Source: Mobula hypostoma
Lineage: Eukaryota
Direction of reading: 5' to 3'
Length of the DNA stretch: 64,000 nucleotides
Assembly: GCF_963921235.1 (NCBI RefSeq)
Contig: NC_086108.1
Coordinates: 58,654,001 to 58,718,000, forward strand
The translations under genes were made by a program, and so were the position numbers. Positions 1-13,444 of this stretch are shown piece after piece. The notes under the pieces were generated by a model. The model was given only the letters and a program-made list of their open reading frames with translations, was not told the DNA's origin and searched no databases. How positions within the stretch are numbered: the first letter of the stretch is position 1; every line of letters begins with the position of its first letter.

Positions 1-430
1 GAGACTGATATGGAGAAAAACACTGAGGATGAGATATGAAGACTTAGGCCTAGAATAGAATGGAAGAGATAGACAATTGGAAGGGTGCAGGAAAGTTGAG
101 AGATGTGGAGAGATATGGAGAGGGAGACATAGAAAAGCAGAAATAGAGATCAAATTTTATTTGAAGGAGGAGTGAGGTTTAGATGGTAAAATCAAAGTGA
201 CTGGATAAGATAGAGAGATAGAAAGGGTGAGCTGGAAAACAGAAAACTAGATAAAATGAGAATGAAAATGTAGGAAGTCAGAGAATGTGAAGCAAGGAGT
301 GAGTGAGTAAGAGAAAAAGAGAGAAAGAGAATGGTATATTAGGGGTGTTGGCAAACGATCAGATAGAGTGTTGAATAAAGGATGAAGTACCAGTGAAAGA
401 AAAAATAAAGAGAAAGTTAATAAGGAACAC
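1..430. repeat. Purine-rich (GA) low-complexity tract
   Basis: Strong A/G bias, no ORF. Confidence 0.7.
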
Positions 431-435
431 CAATA

Positions 436-500
436 AGGGTCTCAGCCTGAAACATCGACTGCTGATGCCCCTCCATAGATGCTGCCTGACTTACTGAGCT
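436..500 (+). mobile_element. Penelope-derived short repeat fragment (hammerhead-motif family)
   Basis: aagggtctcagcctgaaacatcgactg...gatgctgcctgacttactgag; same family at 5088-5330, 20650-20790, 24540-24620, 46620-46750. Confidence 0.6.
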
Positions 501-2740
501 TAAAGTTCAAAGTACAGAGTCAATTTATTATCAAATTACATATATATCACTGTATCAAGTGCTTGGGACAATGCATGATGCCTTCTCCAAACAAGAAACA
601 ATTCTTCCTGATGCATTTCAAATCAAACACTTGTTTGAAGAAAACCCTGCCCAATTACCATCAGCATATAACCTGTAGCAATGGATGTCCCAACACACTT
701 GCCCACTGTTATACTAAGATAGGGAATGCCTACCATTACATGCCCAAACCGCATTTCAGGAAATCTGATCACTTGGCTGTTCTTCTCCTACCTGCATATA
801 GGCAGAGGCTAAAGAGCAAAGCTCCAGAGATTGAGACAACAAAGAGGTGGTCATGGGAGACAGAGGAGCAACTATGGGATTGCTTCAAGTTGATGGACTG
901 GGCCATATTTATGGACTCATCTGTGGATCTGAAGGAGTGCACCCTGGTTGACATGGACTTTATAAAAACAATTGTAGATGAGTGTGTTCCCACAAAATCA
1001 TGTAGAGTCTTCCCCAATCAGAAGCCCTGGCTGAAATATGAGATGCACAGTCAGAGGCAATCAAGGGCCAGATCAGAGGCATTCAAGTCTGGTGACCAAG
1101 AAAGTTACAAGAGGTCCAGATATGACTCCAGAAAGCCATCTCATGTGTGATGTGGCAATTCTGGAATGAACTTGAATCAATGAAGGATGCTCAACTGTTG
1201 CGGCAGGGCTTGAATACTATCACCTCTTATAAAGTAAAATCAAGTGACATAGGCGACAACAGGGCTTCACTTCCAGATGAGCTCAATGCCCCCTATGCGC
1301 ACTTTGAGTATCAAAACATGGAGGGACCATTGCAAACTCCCACAACCTCAAATGATCCAGTGATTTCAGTCTCTGAGGATGACGTGTGAGCAGCCTTCAG
1401 TAAGGTGAATCCACAAAATGCATCAGGGCCCTGATAGTACCTGGCCAAGAACTAAACACCTCTGCTGATCAACTAGTTAGAGGTTTCACTGAGATCTTTA
1501 ACCTCTCGCTTCAGCAGTCTGAGGTACCCACCTGCTTCAAGCAGCCTCCAATTATACCAGTGACTAAGAATAAACATGCCAAAATGACTGTTGTCCAGTA
1601 GCACTCATAGCCAAAGTGATGAACTGTTTTGAGAGGTTGCTGATGAAACATATGCACTCCTGCCTGAGAAGTGACCTGGATTCACTCCATTTTGCCTACT
1701 GGAGCAACAAGTCCACAGTACGTGCCGTCTCATTGACTCTTCACTCAATCCTGGAACATCTGGACATCAAAGATGCATACATCAGGATGCTCTTTATCAA
1801 CTACAGCTTAGCATTTAATGTCATCATACCTCAAAACTCATCAGTAAGCTTCAACACCCTGGCCTCAATATCTCCTTGTACAACTGAATCCTTGATTTCC
1901 TCACTAGTTTGGACTGGCAATAATATCTCCTCCATGATCTCCATCAGCACAGGTGCACCACAAGGCTGCATGCTTAGCCTCCTGCTCTGTTCACTTAACA
2001 CTTATGACTGTGTGACTAAGCACAGTGTCAATGTCATATTCAAGTTTGCTGACAACACCATCGTTGTGGGCCGAATCAAAGGTGGTGACGAATCAGCAGA
2101 TAGGAGGGAGATTGAAAATCTGGCTGAGTGGTACCATAAAACAATCTCTTGCTCAATGCCAGAAAGGCTAAGGAGCTAATTATTGACTTCAGGATGAGGA
2201 AACCAGCGGTCCATGAGCCAGTCCTCGTTGGAATATCAGAGGTGGAGAGGGTCTGCAACTTTAAGTTCCTTGGTTTTACTATTTTGGAGGACCTGTCCTG
2301 GGCCCAGAATGTAAGTGCAATTACAAAGAAAGCATGCAGTGCCTCTACTTTCGTACGAGTTTGTGGAGTTTCAGCATGACATTTAAAACTTTGACAAACT
2401 TCTACAGATGTGTAGTGGAGAATATATTGACCTGTTGCATCATTGGTATGGAAATACCAATCCCCTTGAATGAAAAAATCAGTCAAAAAGAGGTGGCCCA
2501 TCATTGAAGTATTTCCACGACCTATGGACTCTCTACTACTCATATTGTCAATATTTATTTATTATTATTATTTATTTTTGTATTGGAGCAGATTATTGTC
2601 TTTTGCACATTTGTTGAACGCCTAAGTTCATGCGGTCTTTCATTGATTCTATTATGGTTACTATTCTATTATGCACACAAGAAAATGAATCTCAGGGTTG
2701 TATATGGTGATATTAAACTTCGATAAAAAACTGCCATTGA
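500..2740 (+). mobile_element. Rex1/Babar-type LINE, decayed (endonuclease end plus RT)
   Basis: Frameshifted peptides SDHLAVLLLPAY, FPNQKPW, CFERLLMKH..LHFAY, GAPQGCMLS, KFADNT, KAKELIIDFR. Confidence 0.85.
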
Positions 2741-2744
2741 AGTT

Positions 2745-4130
2745 TAAACAGCCCTGAGTTTCAGTTACTTGTGGGTACTCATAGTAAATACAAGAAACAC
2801 AAATAGAATTAATAAAAGACCGCACCCAACTGGGCAGACAAAAGAAAACGTTCAAAAGACAACTAACGGTGCAAATACAAAAATAAATAAAAAAATATAA
2901 ATAAACAACAAATATCAAGACCCTGAGGCAAAGAATCCTAGAAATGGAGTCCATAGGTTGTGAGAACATTTCAGCTATGGGGAGAGTGAAGTTGAGTGAA
3001 TCACTTGAGTGTTATCCCTTCCGGTTCAAGAGCTTGATGGTTGAGGGGCAATAACTGCTCATGACCCTGCCGGTGTGGGAGCCTGGGGCTCCTGTATTTT
3101 CTTTCTGATCGCAGCAGCAAGAAGAGAGCATGGCCTGGATGGTGGTGGTCCTAGATGATGGATGCTGCTTTCTTGCATCGGCGCTCTGTGTAGATGTGTC
3201 CAATAGTGGGGAGGGCTTTACGCTGATGGACTGGGCCTTATCCACTACTTTTTGTAAGCTTTCCCATTCAAAGGCATTGGCAGGCCATGATGCAACTAGT
3301 CATTATACTCTTCACCACACATCTACAGAAGTTTGTCAGAGTTTTAGATGGCATGCCAAATCTTCACAAGCTTCTAAGAAAGTAGAGTCGCTACTGTGCT
3401 TTTTACATAATGGTACTTAAGTGCTGGACCCAGGACAGATCCTCTGAAATGAAAACACCAAGGAATTTAAAGTTGCTGATCCTCTCTTCCTCTGACCCCC
3501 GGATGAGGACTGGCTCATGGACCTTCAGTTTCTTCATCCTGAAGTCAATAAGAAGCTTCTTCGTCTTTCTGACAATGAGTGAGAGGTTGTTGATGTGGCA
3601 CCACCCAGCCAGATTTTCAATCTATCTCCTATATGCTGATTCATCACCATCTTTGATTCGGCCTACGACAATAGTGTCATCAGCAAACTTAAATATGGCA
3701 TTGGAGTTGTGCTTAGTCTCACAGTCATAAGTATAAAGTGAGTAGAGCAGGGGCTAAGCACACTGCCTTACGCTACACCTATGCTGATGATGATTGTAAA
3801 GGAGATGTTGTTGCCAATCCAAACTGACTGGGGTCTGCAAATGAGGAAATTGAAGATCCAGTTGCACAAGGAGTTATTGAGGCCAAGATCTTGAAGCTTA
3901 TTGATTAGTTTTGAGAGGATGATAGAGTTGAATACTGAGCAGTAGTTGAGGAAGAGCATCTTGATAAAATAAGATCACTGTCAGGTGTTCCGGGGCTGAT
4001 GAAGAGCCAATAAACTGGCATCTGTGGTTGATCTGTTGTGATCTTACACAAATTAGCATGGATTCAAGTTGCTTCTCCGGCAGGATTTGATATGTTTCAT
4101 CACCAATCTCTCAAAGCACTTCATCACAAC
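2745..4130 (-). mobile_element. Rex1/Babar-type LINE 3' part, tail-to-tail with the previous copy
   Basis: Minus-strand MLFLNYCSVFNSIILSKLINKLQDLGL and reverse-complement similarity to the 1600-2740 copy. Confidence 0.8.
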
Positions 4131-4419
4131 ATTTTGTGTGTTGCTTCAGCATGTTGTGTGTTGCTCTAAATTTCCAGCATCTACAGTATCACTTGTGTCA
4201 ATATGTTAGTTTGCTGGTTAATGTGGCTTTCACATTGATTGATAAGTGCTATAGGACTCTTTGCTTGGTTTTGGGGTTATAACCAGATGAGGCTCAGAGC
4301 TGTGGTTCCCACTATTTTTAGTTTACCAACATGAAAGTGTCTACTGTGTGCTCTCTGGCAGTTAAATAATCCTTTATCCATGATAACCCTCTGGACCTTG
4401 AGCCCTTTCTTTGTGCAGT

Positions 4420-5050
4420 AACCTTACACTGTAGCTTTCCTTAAGTCACCTTATTGAATTCAAAAGCATTATATTCATAATTTCCTGATGGCCCACCTGT
4501 TTGTCTCATCCTTCAAAGTATTTGTCAAATATGATTTCCCCTGCAGAGAACCATGGTGACTCTGGGTAATTACATCATGATTTTCTATCTGCTCTTTTAT
4601 TCTTCCTTAACAATAGTTTCCAGCACTTTCTCAATGACAGATGTGAGGGCTAAATTGCCTGCAGATCCTTGGTTTCTCTCCCTGTCGGCCCTGGTTCACT
4701 TTACCATCAACCATCTCCTGTAATCATGCTGCATTTGCTGATTACCAATCAGAGTCAGGGGATGTTTGGAATATCACAGCCAATGAATCTAATATAACTA
4801 CAGCCACTTCTTTCTGAAGTCTTTAATCATTAGTTTACTGCCTCCTTCCTCAGGTGATATGTTTTAAGTTTTCCCAGGGGCTTGTCCTTTTTTAAAAAAA
4901 ATATCTTGGTAGGACCTTAGGTTCTTTTACTGTGAAAGCAGATACAAAGTATTAATTTAACACCTTGTTCATTTCCTTCCTTCCCATTACTTAGGTCCCC
5001 ATTCTTGATTTCTAAAGCAGCAATATTTGCTTTTGCATATCCTTGTGGAA
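4420..5050 (-). mobile_element. Highly decayed CR1 fragment
   Basis: Reverse-complement resemblance to CR1 RT region (atgatttcccc, ccatggtgact, gatacaaagtattaattt). Confidence 0.5.
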
Positions 5051-5087
5051 AATCTTCCATTTCTTCAGATACTGTCATGAAGTCAAG

Positions 5088-5335
5088 CCACAGATGTTTC
5101 TTGACCTGTTAAGCTCTTCCAGCATCTATGGAAATGAATGGAAACATTTCAGCTTGAGATCCTTCATCAGGACTCACGAGTCCTTCATGAGCCCTGATGA
5201 AGGGCCTCGGCCCGAAGCATCGACTGTTTATTCATTTCCATAGATGCTACCTGACCTGCAAAGCTCCCCCAGCATTTTGTGTGGGTTTTGCCTTGGATTT
5301 CCGGCATCTGTAGATTTTCTCATGTATTTGAAGTT
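5088..5335. mobile_element. Penelope-derived repeats in head-to-head arrangement with two degenerate hammerhead cores
   Basis: Plus: CTGATGA-A-GGGC-CTCG-GCCC-GAAG-CATC-GACTG at 5194-5226; minus: GTC-CTGATGA-AGGATCTCAAGCT-GAAA at about 5141-5175. Confidence 0.65.
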
Positions 5336-5849
5336 CTTCCAGCATTCTGTTTTTAATCTATACAACCCTGCATTGCATAAGGAAACAGAACTCAAGCGAT
5401 GGATTGATGGCTTCTTGACAACAATGATCATCTCCAAAATGTGTCCGGAAAACTAACACCACATGCCAGCTAACAAGTGGTCATTAAAGGTATTGCTACA
5501 GGCCACTTGCCAAAGCAAACTGCATAAAGGTCTTATTGAGCTGGCAAATACGATGTTCCACACCATTTATCAGAGAAGTCCAAAGAGCCAACATTGTGCT
5601 GACAGTCTATCCTTACATTTGCTGGAATCAAACCCTCTTATCCCTGGTAGAATTGAATTGAATTGATAACAATTTCCCATAATGTAGTCACGTGAGATAG
5701 AATAAGCCTGGCCACAATTAATCTACTGCTTTTTGATTTATAAATACACTTAGTTGTCAAGATGAATTAAGGCCAAAACTTCCATGATGCATTTACATCA
5801 TGAGTTTGAAATTTCCTTTAGAATTGGCCTGTGCTGCTCCAACCAAAAA

Positions 5850-7130
5850 GGATTTTTAATTTTCCATACATTGATTGGGACTCCCATACTGTTAGGGGTC
5901 TAGATGGTTTAGAGTTTGTAAAACGTATTCAGGAAAGTTTTCTAAATCAATATATAGAGGGACCAACTAAAGGGGATGCAATATTGGATCTCCTGTTAGG
6001 AAACGAGTTAGGACAAGTGACAGAAGTCTGTGTAGGGGAGCACTTTGGTTCCTGTGATCATAACACCATTAGTTTCAATTCGATCATGGACAAGGACAGA
6101 TCTGGTCCTAGGGTTGAGGTTCTGAACTGGAAGAAGGCCAAATTTGAAGAAATGAGAAAGGATCTAAAAAGCGTGGATTAGGACAGGTTGTTCTCTGGCA
6201 AAGATGTGATCGGTAGGTGGGAAACCTTCAAAGGAGAAATTTTGAGAGTGTAGAGTTTGTATGTTTCTGTCAGGATTAAAGGCAACGCGAATAGGAATAA
6301 GGAACCTTGGTTCTCAAGGGATATTGCAACTCTGATAAAGAAGAAGAGGGAGTTGTATGACATGTATAGGAAACAGGGAGTAAATAAAGTGCTTGAGGAA
6401 TATAAGAAGTGCAAGAAAATACTTAAGAAAGAAATCAGGAGGGCTAAAAGAAGACATGAGGTTGCCTTGGCAGTCAAAGTGAAGGATAATCCAAAGAGCT
6501 TTTACAGGTATATTAAGAGCAAAAGGATTGTAAGGGATAAAATTGGTCCTCTTGAAGATCAGCGTGGTCGGCTATGTGCAGAACCAAAGGAAATGGGGGA
6601 GATCTTAAATAGGTTTTTTGCATCTGTATTTACTAAGGAAACTGGCATGAAGTCTATGGAATTAAGGGAAACAAGTAGTGAGATCATGGAAATTGTACAG
6701 ATTGAAAAGGAGGAGGTGCTTGCTGTCTTGAGGAAAATTAAAGTGGATAAATCCCCAGGACCTGACAGGGTGTTCCCTCAGACCTTGAAGGAGACTAGTG
6801 TGGAAATTGCAGGGGCCCTGACAGAAATATTTAAAATGTCGCTGTCTACAGGTGAGGTGCCGAAGGATTGAGAGTGGCTCATGTTGTTCCGTTGTTTAAA
6901 AAAGGATCGAAAAGTAATCCGGGAAATTATAGGCTGGTAAGTTTAATGTCGGTAGTAGGTAAGTTATTGGAGGGAGTACTAAGAGACAGAATCTACAAAC
7001 ATTTGCATAGACAGGGACTTATTAGGGAGAGTCAACATGGCTTTGTGCGTGGTAGGTCATGTTTGACCAATCTATTGGAGTTTTTCGAGGAGGTTACCAG
7101 GAAAGTGGATGAAGGGAAGGCAGTGGATAT
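5850..7130 (+). mobile_element. CR1 LINE, 5' piece (continues at 10931)
   Basis: ORF2 peptides DFNFPYIDW-like, ILDLLL, SCDHN, KSPGPD, NYRLVSL, QHGF, SCLTNL; breaks at GKAVDI. Confidence 0.9.
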
Positions 7131-8223
7131 AGAAACATAGAAACATAGAAACATAGAAAATAGGTGCAGGAGTAGGCCATTCGGCCCTTTGAGCCTGCAC
7201 CGCCATTTATTATGATCATGGCTGATCCTCCAACTCAGAACCCCGCCCCAGCTTCCCTCCATACCCCCTGACCCCCGTAGCCACAAGGGCCATATCTAAC
7301 TCCCTCTTAAATATAGCCAATGAACTGGCCTCAACTGTTTCCTGTGGCAGAGAATTCCACAGATTCACCACTCTCTGTGTGAAGAAGTTTTTCCTAATCA
7401 CGGTCCTAAAAGGCTTCCCCTCTATCCTTAAACTGTGGCCCCTCGTTCTGGACTTCCCCAACATTGGGAACAATCTTCCTGCATCTAGCCTGTCCAATCC
7501 CTTTAGGATCTTATACGTTTCAATCAGATCCCCCCTCAATCTTCTAAATTCCAACGAGTACAAGCCCAGTTCATCCAGTCTTTCTTCATATGAAAGTCCT
7601 GCCATCCCAGGAATCAATCTGGTGAACCTTCTTTGTACTCCCTCTATGGCAAGGATGTCTTTCCTCAGATTAGGGGACCAAAACTGCACACAATACTCCA
7701 GGTGTGGTCTCACCAAGGCCTTGTACAACTGCAGTTGTACCTCCCTGCTCCTGTACTCGAATCCTCTCGCTATAAATGCCAGCATACCATTTGCCTTTTT
7801 CACCACCTGCTGTACCTGCATGCCCACTTTCAATGACTGGTGTATAATGACACCCAGGTCTCGTTGCACCTCCCCTTTTCCTAATCGGCCACCATTCAGA
7901 TAATAATCTGTTTTCCTATTTTTGCCACCAAAGTGGATAACTTCACATTTATCCACATTAAATTGCATCTGCCCTGAATTTGCCCACTCACCCAACCTAT
8001 CCAAGTCACCCTGCATCCTCTTAGCATCCTCCTCACAGCTAACACTGCCACCCAGCTTCGTGTCATCCACAAACTTGGAGATGCTGCATTTAATTCCCTC
8101 ATCCAAGTCATTAATATATATTGTAAACAACTGGGGTCCCAGCACTGAGCCTTGCGGTACCCCACTAGTCACCGCCTGCCATTCTGAAAAGGTCCCGTTT
8201 ATTCCCACTCTTGCTTCCTGTCT
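7131..8223 (-). mobile_element. Young CR1 LINE, 5'-truncated, with open RT C-terminal ORF (7216-8226) and (TTTCTATG)n tail
   Basis: [30 protein letters not shown]; near-identical to 54579-55665. Confidence 0.95.
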
Positions 8224-10930
8224 CAAGGTACTAAGGTGTTGTATCTCAGTGTGTGTAGTATAAGAAATAAGGTGGATGATCTTGTTACACTTTTACAGAT
8301 TGACAGGTATGATGTTGTACCCATCACTGAATGGTGGCTGAAGGATGGTTGTAGTTGGGAGCTGAATGTCCAAGGTTACATGTTATATTGAGGGATAGGA
8401 AGGTAGGCAGAGGAGGTGGTGTGGCTCCACTGGTAAAGAACACCATCCAATCAGTAAAAGAAGTGACAGAGGATCGGAAGATGTTGAATCCTTGTGGGTT
8501 GAGTTAAACTGCAAGGGTAAAAGGACCCTGACAGCAGTTATATACAGGCCTCCAAACAGCGGCTAGGAGGTGGACCACAGATTACAACAGGAAATAGAAA
8601 AGGCAAGTCAAAAGAGCAATGTTATGGTAGTCATAGGAGATTTTAAACAGGTAGGTCAATTGGGAAAATCAGGTTGGTAATGGGTCTCAAGAGAGTGAGT
8701 TTGTTGAATGCTAAGAGATTACTTTTTAGAGCAGTTTGCTATTGAGCCTACTAGGGGATCAGCTATACTGGATTGGGTGTAATGTAATGAACCAGAGGTG
8801 ATTTGGGAGCTTAAGGTAAAAGAACCCTTAGGAACCAGTGATCACAATATGATTGTGTTCAACTTGGAATTTGATAGGGAGAAAGTAAAGTCTGATGTAA
8901 CAGTATTTCAGTGGAGTAAGGGAAATTACAGTGGTATGAGAGAGGAGTTGGCCAAAGTAAATTGGAAGGAGCTGCTGGCAGGGATGTCAGCAGAGCAGCA
9001 ATGGTGTGAGTTTCTGGGAAAAATGAGAAAGGTGCAGGACATGTGTATTCCAAAAATGAAGAATTACTCAAATGGTAAAATAGTACAACTGTGGCTGACA
9101 CGGGAAGACAAAGATATTGTAAAAGCAAAAGAAAGGGCATACAACGAAGCAAAAATTAGTGGGAAGAAACAGTAGAGGATAGGGAAGTTTTAAAAAACCT
9201 ATAGACAGCAACTAACAAAATCATTAGAAGGGAAAAGATGAAATATGAGAACAAGCTAGCAAATAATATCAAAGTGGATAGTAGAAGTTTTTTCAAGTAT
9301 GCTAAAAATAAAAGAGAAATGAGAGTGGATATAGGACCGCTAGAAAATGAGACAGGATAAATAATAATGGAGGACAAGGAGATGGCTGATGAACTAAATG
9401 AGTATTGTGCTTCAGTCTTCACTGTGGAAGACACTAGCAGTGTGCCAGATGTTGTAGTGTGTGAAGGAAGAGAAGTGGGTGCAGTTACTATTAGAAGAGA
9501 GAAGGTGCTCAAAAAGTTGAAAGAACTAAAGGTACATAAGTCACACGGACCAAATAAACTGCACTCTAGGTTTCTGAAAGAGGTAGCGTTAGAGATTGCG
9601 GTGACATTAGCAATGATCTTTCAAAAATCATTGGACTCCGGCATGGTGCCAGAGGACTGGAAAATTACAAACGTTACTCCACTCTTTTAAGAAAGGAGAA
9701 AGGCAGCAGAAAGGAAATTATAGACCAGTTAGCCTGACCTCAGTGGTTGGGAAGATGTTAGAGTCAATTGTTAAGGAAGAGGTGATGGAGTACTTGGTGA
9801 CACAGGACAAGATAGTAGTAAGTCAGCATGGTTTCCTTCAGGGAAAATCGTTCCTGACAAACCTGTTGGAATTCTTTGAAGAGATTACAAGTAGGATAGA
9901 TAAAGGGGATGCAGTGGATGTTGTGTATTTAGACTTTCAGAAAGCCTTTGACAAGGTGCCACACATGAGGCTGCTTACCAAGTTAAGAGTCCATGGTATT
10001 ACAGGAAAGTTACTAACATGGTTAGAGCATTGGCTGATTGGTAGGAGGCAGTGAGTGGGAATAAAAGGATCCTTTCTGGTTGGCTGCCAGTGACTAGTGA
10101 TGGTCCACAAGGGTTGGTGTTGGGACCACTTCTTTTTATGCTGCATATAAATAATTTATATGAATGAATGGATGGCTTTGTTGCCAAATTTGCAGATGAT
10201 ACAAAGATTGGTGGAGGGGCAGATAGTGTTGAGGAAACAGGTAGGATGCAGAAGGACTTAGACAGATTAGGAGAATGGGAAAGAAAGTGGCAAATGAAAT
10301 ACAATGTTGAAAAATGCACGGTCATGCACTTTGGTCGTAGAAATAAATGTGCAGGCTGTTTTCTAAACGGGGGAAAAAATCCAGGAATCTGAGATGCAAA
10401 GGGACTTAGAAATCCCCGCGCAGAACACCGTGAAGGCCAACCTGCAGGTCAAGTCAGTGGCGAGGAAGGCAAACGCCATGCCAACATTCATTTCAAGAGG
10501 TCTAAAATACCAGAGCAAGGATGTGATGCTGAGGCTTTATAAGGAACTGGTGAGTATTGTGAGCAGTTTTGGGCCCCTCATCTTAGAAAAGATGTACTGG
10601 CATTGGAGAGGGCCCAGAGGAGGTTCACAAGGATGATTCCGGGAATGAAAGGGTTATCATAACGAGGAACGTTTGATGGCTCTGGGCCTGTACTCGCTGG
10701 AATTCAAAAGGATGAGAGGGGATCTCATTGAAATCTTTTGAATGATGAAAGGCTTAGATGGAATTGATGGATGTTTCCCATGGTGGGAGAGTCTAGGACA
10801 AGAGGGCACAGCCTCAGGATAGGGGGCGCTCTTTCAAAACAGAGATGCGGAGAAATTTCTTTAGCCAGAGGCTGATGAATTTGTGGAATTTGTTGCCACA
10901 TGCAGCTGTGGAGGCCAGGTCGTTGGGTAT
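8224..10930 (+). mobile_element. Older CR1 LINE ORF2, decayed, lacking its own 3' tail
   Basis: APE remnants (YRPP, GDF, SDHN), RT motifs YLDFQKAFDKV and KFADDTK; many stops and frameshifts. Confidence 0.9.
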
Positions 10931-12130
10931 TGTCTACATGGACTTCAGTAAGGCCTTTGACAAGGTCCCGCATGGGAGGTTAGTTGGGAAAATTCAGTTG
11001 CTAGGAATACATGGAGAGGTGGTAAATTGGATTAGACACTGGCTCAATGGAAGAAGCCAAAAAGTGGTAGTAGAGAATTGCTTTTCCGAGTGGAGGCCTG
11101 TGACTAGTGGTGTGCCACAGGGATCAGTGCTGGGTCCATTGTTATTTGTCATCTATATCAATGATCTGGATGATAATGTGGTAAATTGGATCAGCAAATT
11201 TGCTGATGATACAAAGATTGGAGGTGTAGTAGACAATGAGGAAGGTTTTCAGAGCCTGCAGAGGGACTTGGACCAGCTGGAAAAATGGGCTGAAAAATGG
11301 CAGATGGAGTTTGATACAGACAAGTGTGAGGTATTGCATGTTGGAAGGACAAACAAAGGTAGAACATACAGAGTTAATGGTAAGGCACTGAGGAGTGCAG
11401 TAGAACAGAGGGATCTGGGAATACAGATACAAAATTCCCTAAAAGTGGCGTCACAGGTAGATAGGGTTGTAAAGAGAGCTTTTGGTACATTGGCCTTTAT
11501 TAATCAAAGTATTCAGTATAAGAGCTGGAATGTTATGATGAGGTTGTATAAGGCATTGGTGAGGCCGAATCTGGAGTATTGTGTTCAGTTTTGGTCACCA
11601 AATTACAGGAAGGATATAAATAAGGTTGAAAGAGTGCAGAGAAGGTTTACAGGGATGTTGCCGGGACTTGAGAAACACAGTTACAGAGAAAGGTTGAATA
11701 GGTTAGGGCTTTATTCCCTGGAGCGTAGAAGAATGAGGGGAGATTTGATAGAGGTATATAAAATTATGATGGGTATAGATAGAGTGAATGCAAGCAGGCT
11801 TTTTCAACTGAGGCAAGGGGTGAAAAAAACCAGAGGACATGGGTTAAGGGTGAGGGGGGAAAAGTTTAAAGGGAACATTAGGGGGTGGCTTCTTCACACA
11901 GAGAGTGGTGGGAGTATGGAATGAGCTGACAGACGAGGTGGTAAATGCGGGATCTTTTTTAACATTTAAGAATAAATTGGACAGATACATGGATGGGAGG
12001 TGTATGGAGGGATATGGTCCGTGTGCAGGTCAGTGGGACTAAGTGGAAAATGGTTCAGCACAGCCAAGAAGGGCCGAAAGGCCTGTTTCTGTACTGTAGT
12101 TTTTCTCTGGTTTCTATGGTTTCTATGGAT
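10931..12130 (+). mobile_element. CR1 LINE, 3' continuation of the 5850-7130 element
   Basis: Resumes at VYMDFSKAFDKV, exactly where GKAVDI broke off; ends in a (TTCTATGG)-type tail. Confidence 0.9.
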
Positions 12131-13006
12131 CACTTATGTGGGGTTCGATATGCTGCCGAAACATGGGGATAAATACAAAGTTTTACAAGATAATGTTTGA
12201 GGGATAAATTTCTCTGTTGATTAATTCCATTAAAATAATTCTATTTCTCACCATCTGCTCCAATTCAAGGAGGTTTTTGTAATATTACTTATATAATATA
12301 ATAGGAATTGCACTGAAACGTTTAACTTTACAAGACTGTTTTCCCATTCACAGCCAATCTGTGGCTCAATTAATTATCCCCCTTTATTCCATATCCCAAA
12401 TCCTAACAAAGGTCATTCCAGCATCCATTGCGACTTGATAAAGCATAAGGATCCAGCATTGTCATTCGTATAACAATATTTCTAAACCATTCAAAGGAAG
12501 TGCTCATGGAATAGGGTCATAGAGTACTACAGTGCCAAAACAGACCCTTCAGCCCATCTAGTCTTGACCAAAATGTTATTCTACCTAGTTCCATCTGGAC
12601 CATAATCCTCTCTACACCTCCCACCATTGCAATATGTAAGAGAAGTATGAATATAAACGTTCCTGCATTTTGGCTCTGTGTTATAAAGAGAGAATGTTAA
12701 ATGTATGAATATTTTGCTCTATTTGGGCAAAAAAGAAATATTTTCTGAAATATCTTATGAGAAGGGAGGACCTTCAGTGGGCAGAACTGAATCCTATTTA
12801 TAGAGCACTTAGTGTGAGGAAGAAATGGCCATTGTGATTGTTTCTAATTTCCTGTTTTCTTGAAATGATCGCAAAAAACACGAATCATTTGTATAATAGC
12901 AGAAAGAGTGAGGAGCAGGTGGTATAGACATACAATTTTATTTGTAGTCTAGGTCTCAAATGCAGAACTTGAGCTTTAGGCTGTGGTTAATGAAGGTTTA
13001 TGTATA

Positions 13007-13312
13007 CGTGGTTAAGGCATTGGACGAGCTACCTGAAGGTCGTGAGTTCGAGCCCCAGCCGAGGGAATGTGTCGTGTCCTTGAGCAAGGCACTTAATCAC
13101 ACATTGCTCTGCGACAACACTGGTGCCAAGCTGTATGGGTCCTAATGCCCTTCCCTTGGACAACATTGGTGTTGTGGAGAGGGGAGACTTGCAGCATGGG
13201 CAACTGCTGGTCTTCCATACAACCTTGCCCAGGCCTGCGCCCTGGAGAGTGAAGAATTTCCAGGCGCAGATCCATGGTCTCGCAAGACTAACGGATACCT
13301 TTATTTATTTAT
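13007..13312 (+). mobile_element. tRNA-derived SINE
   Basis: A-box-like gtggttaagg, B-box gagttcgagccc near 13043-13054, (TTTA)n tail. Confidence 0.7.
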
Positions 13313-13444
13313 GTATAGATATGAAACTTTCAGTTGATGTCTGATCATTCCCATTAGCCAAGTTTTCTAGTATAACTGCAATTCAAAGTGGATGATGAAA
13401 AAAAACAGTATTACGCCAATCAACCCTCTTCATCACTGTCTCCT

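Noticed and set aside
10845..11924. 359-aa ORF as a host gene
   Set aside because: Chance in-frame join of two CR1 pieces at 10930
13007..13060. tRNA gene
   Set aside because: Only A/B boxes followed by a SINE body and tail; no complete cloverleaf
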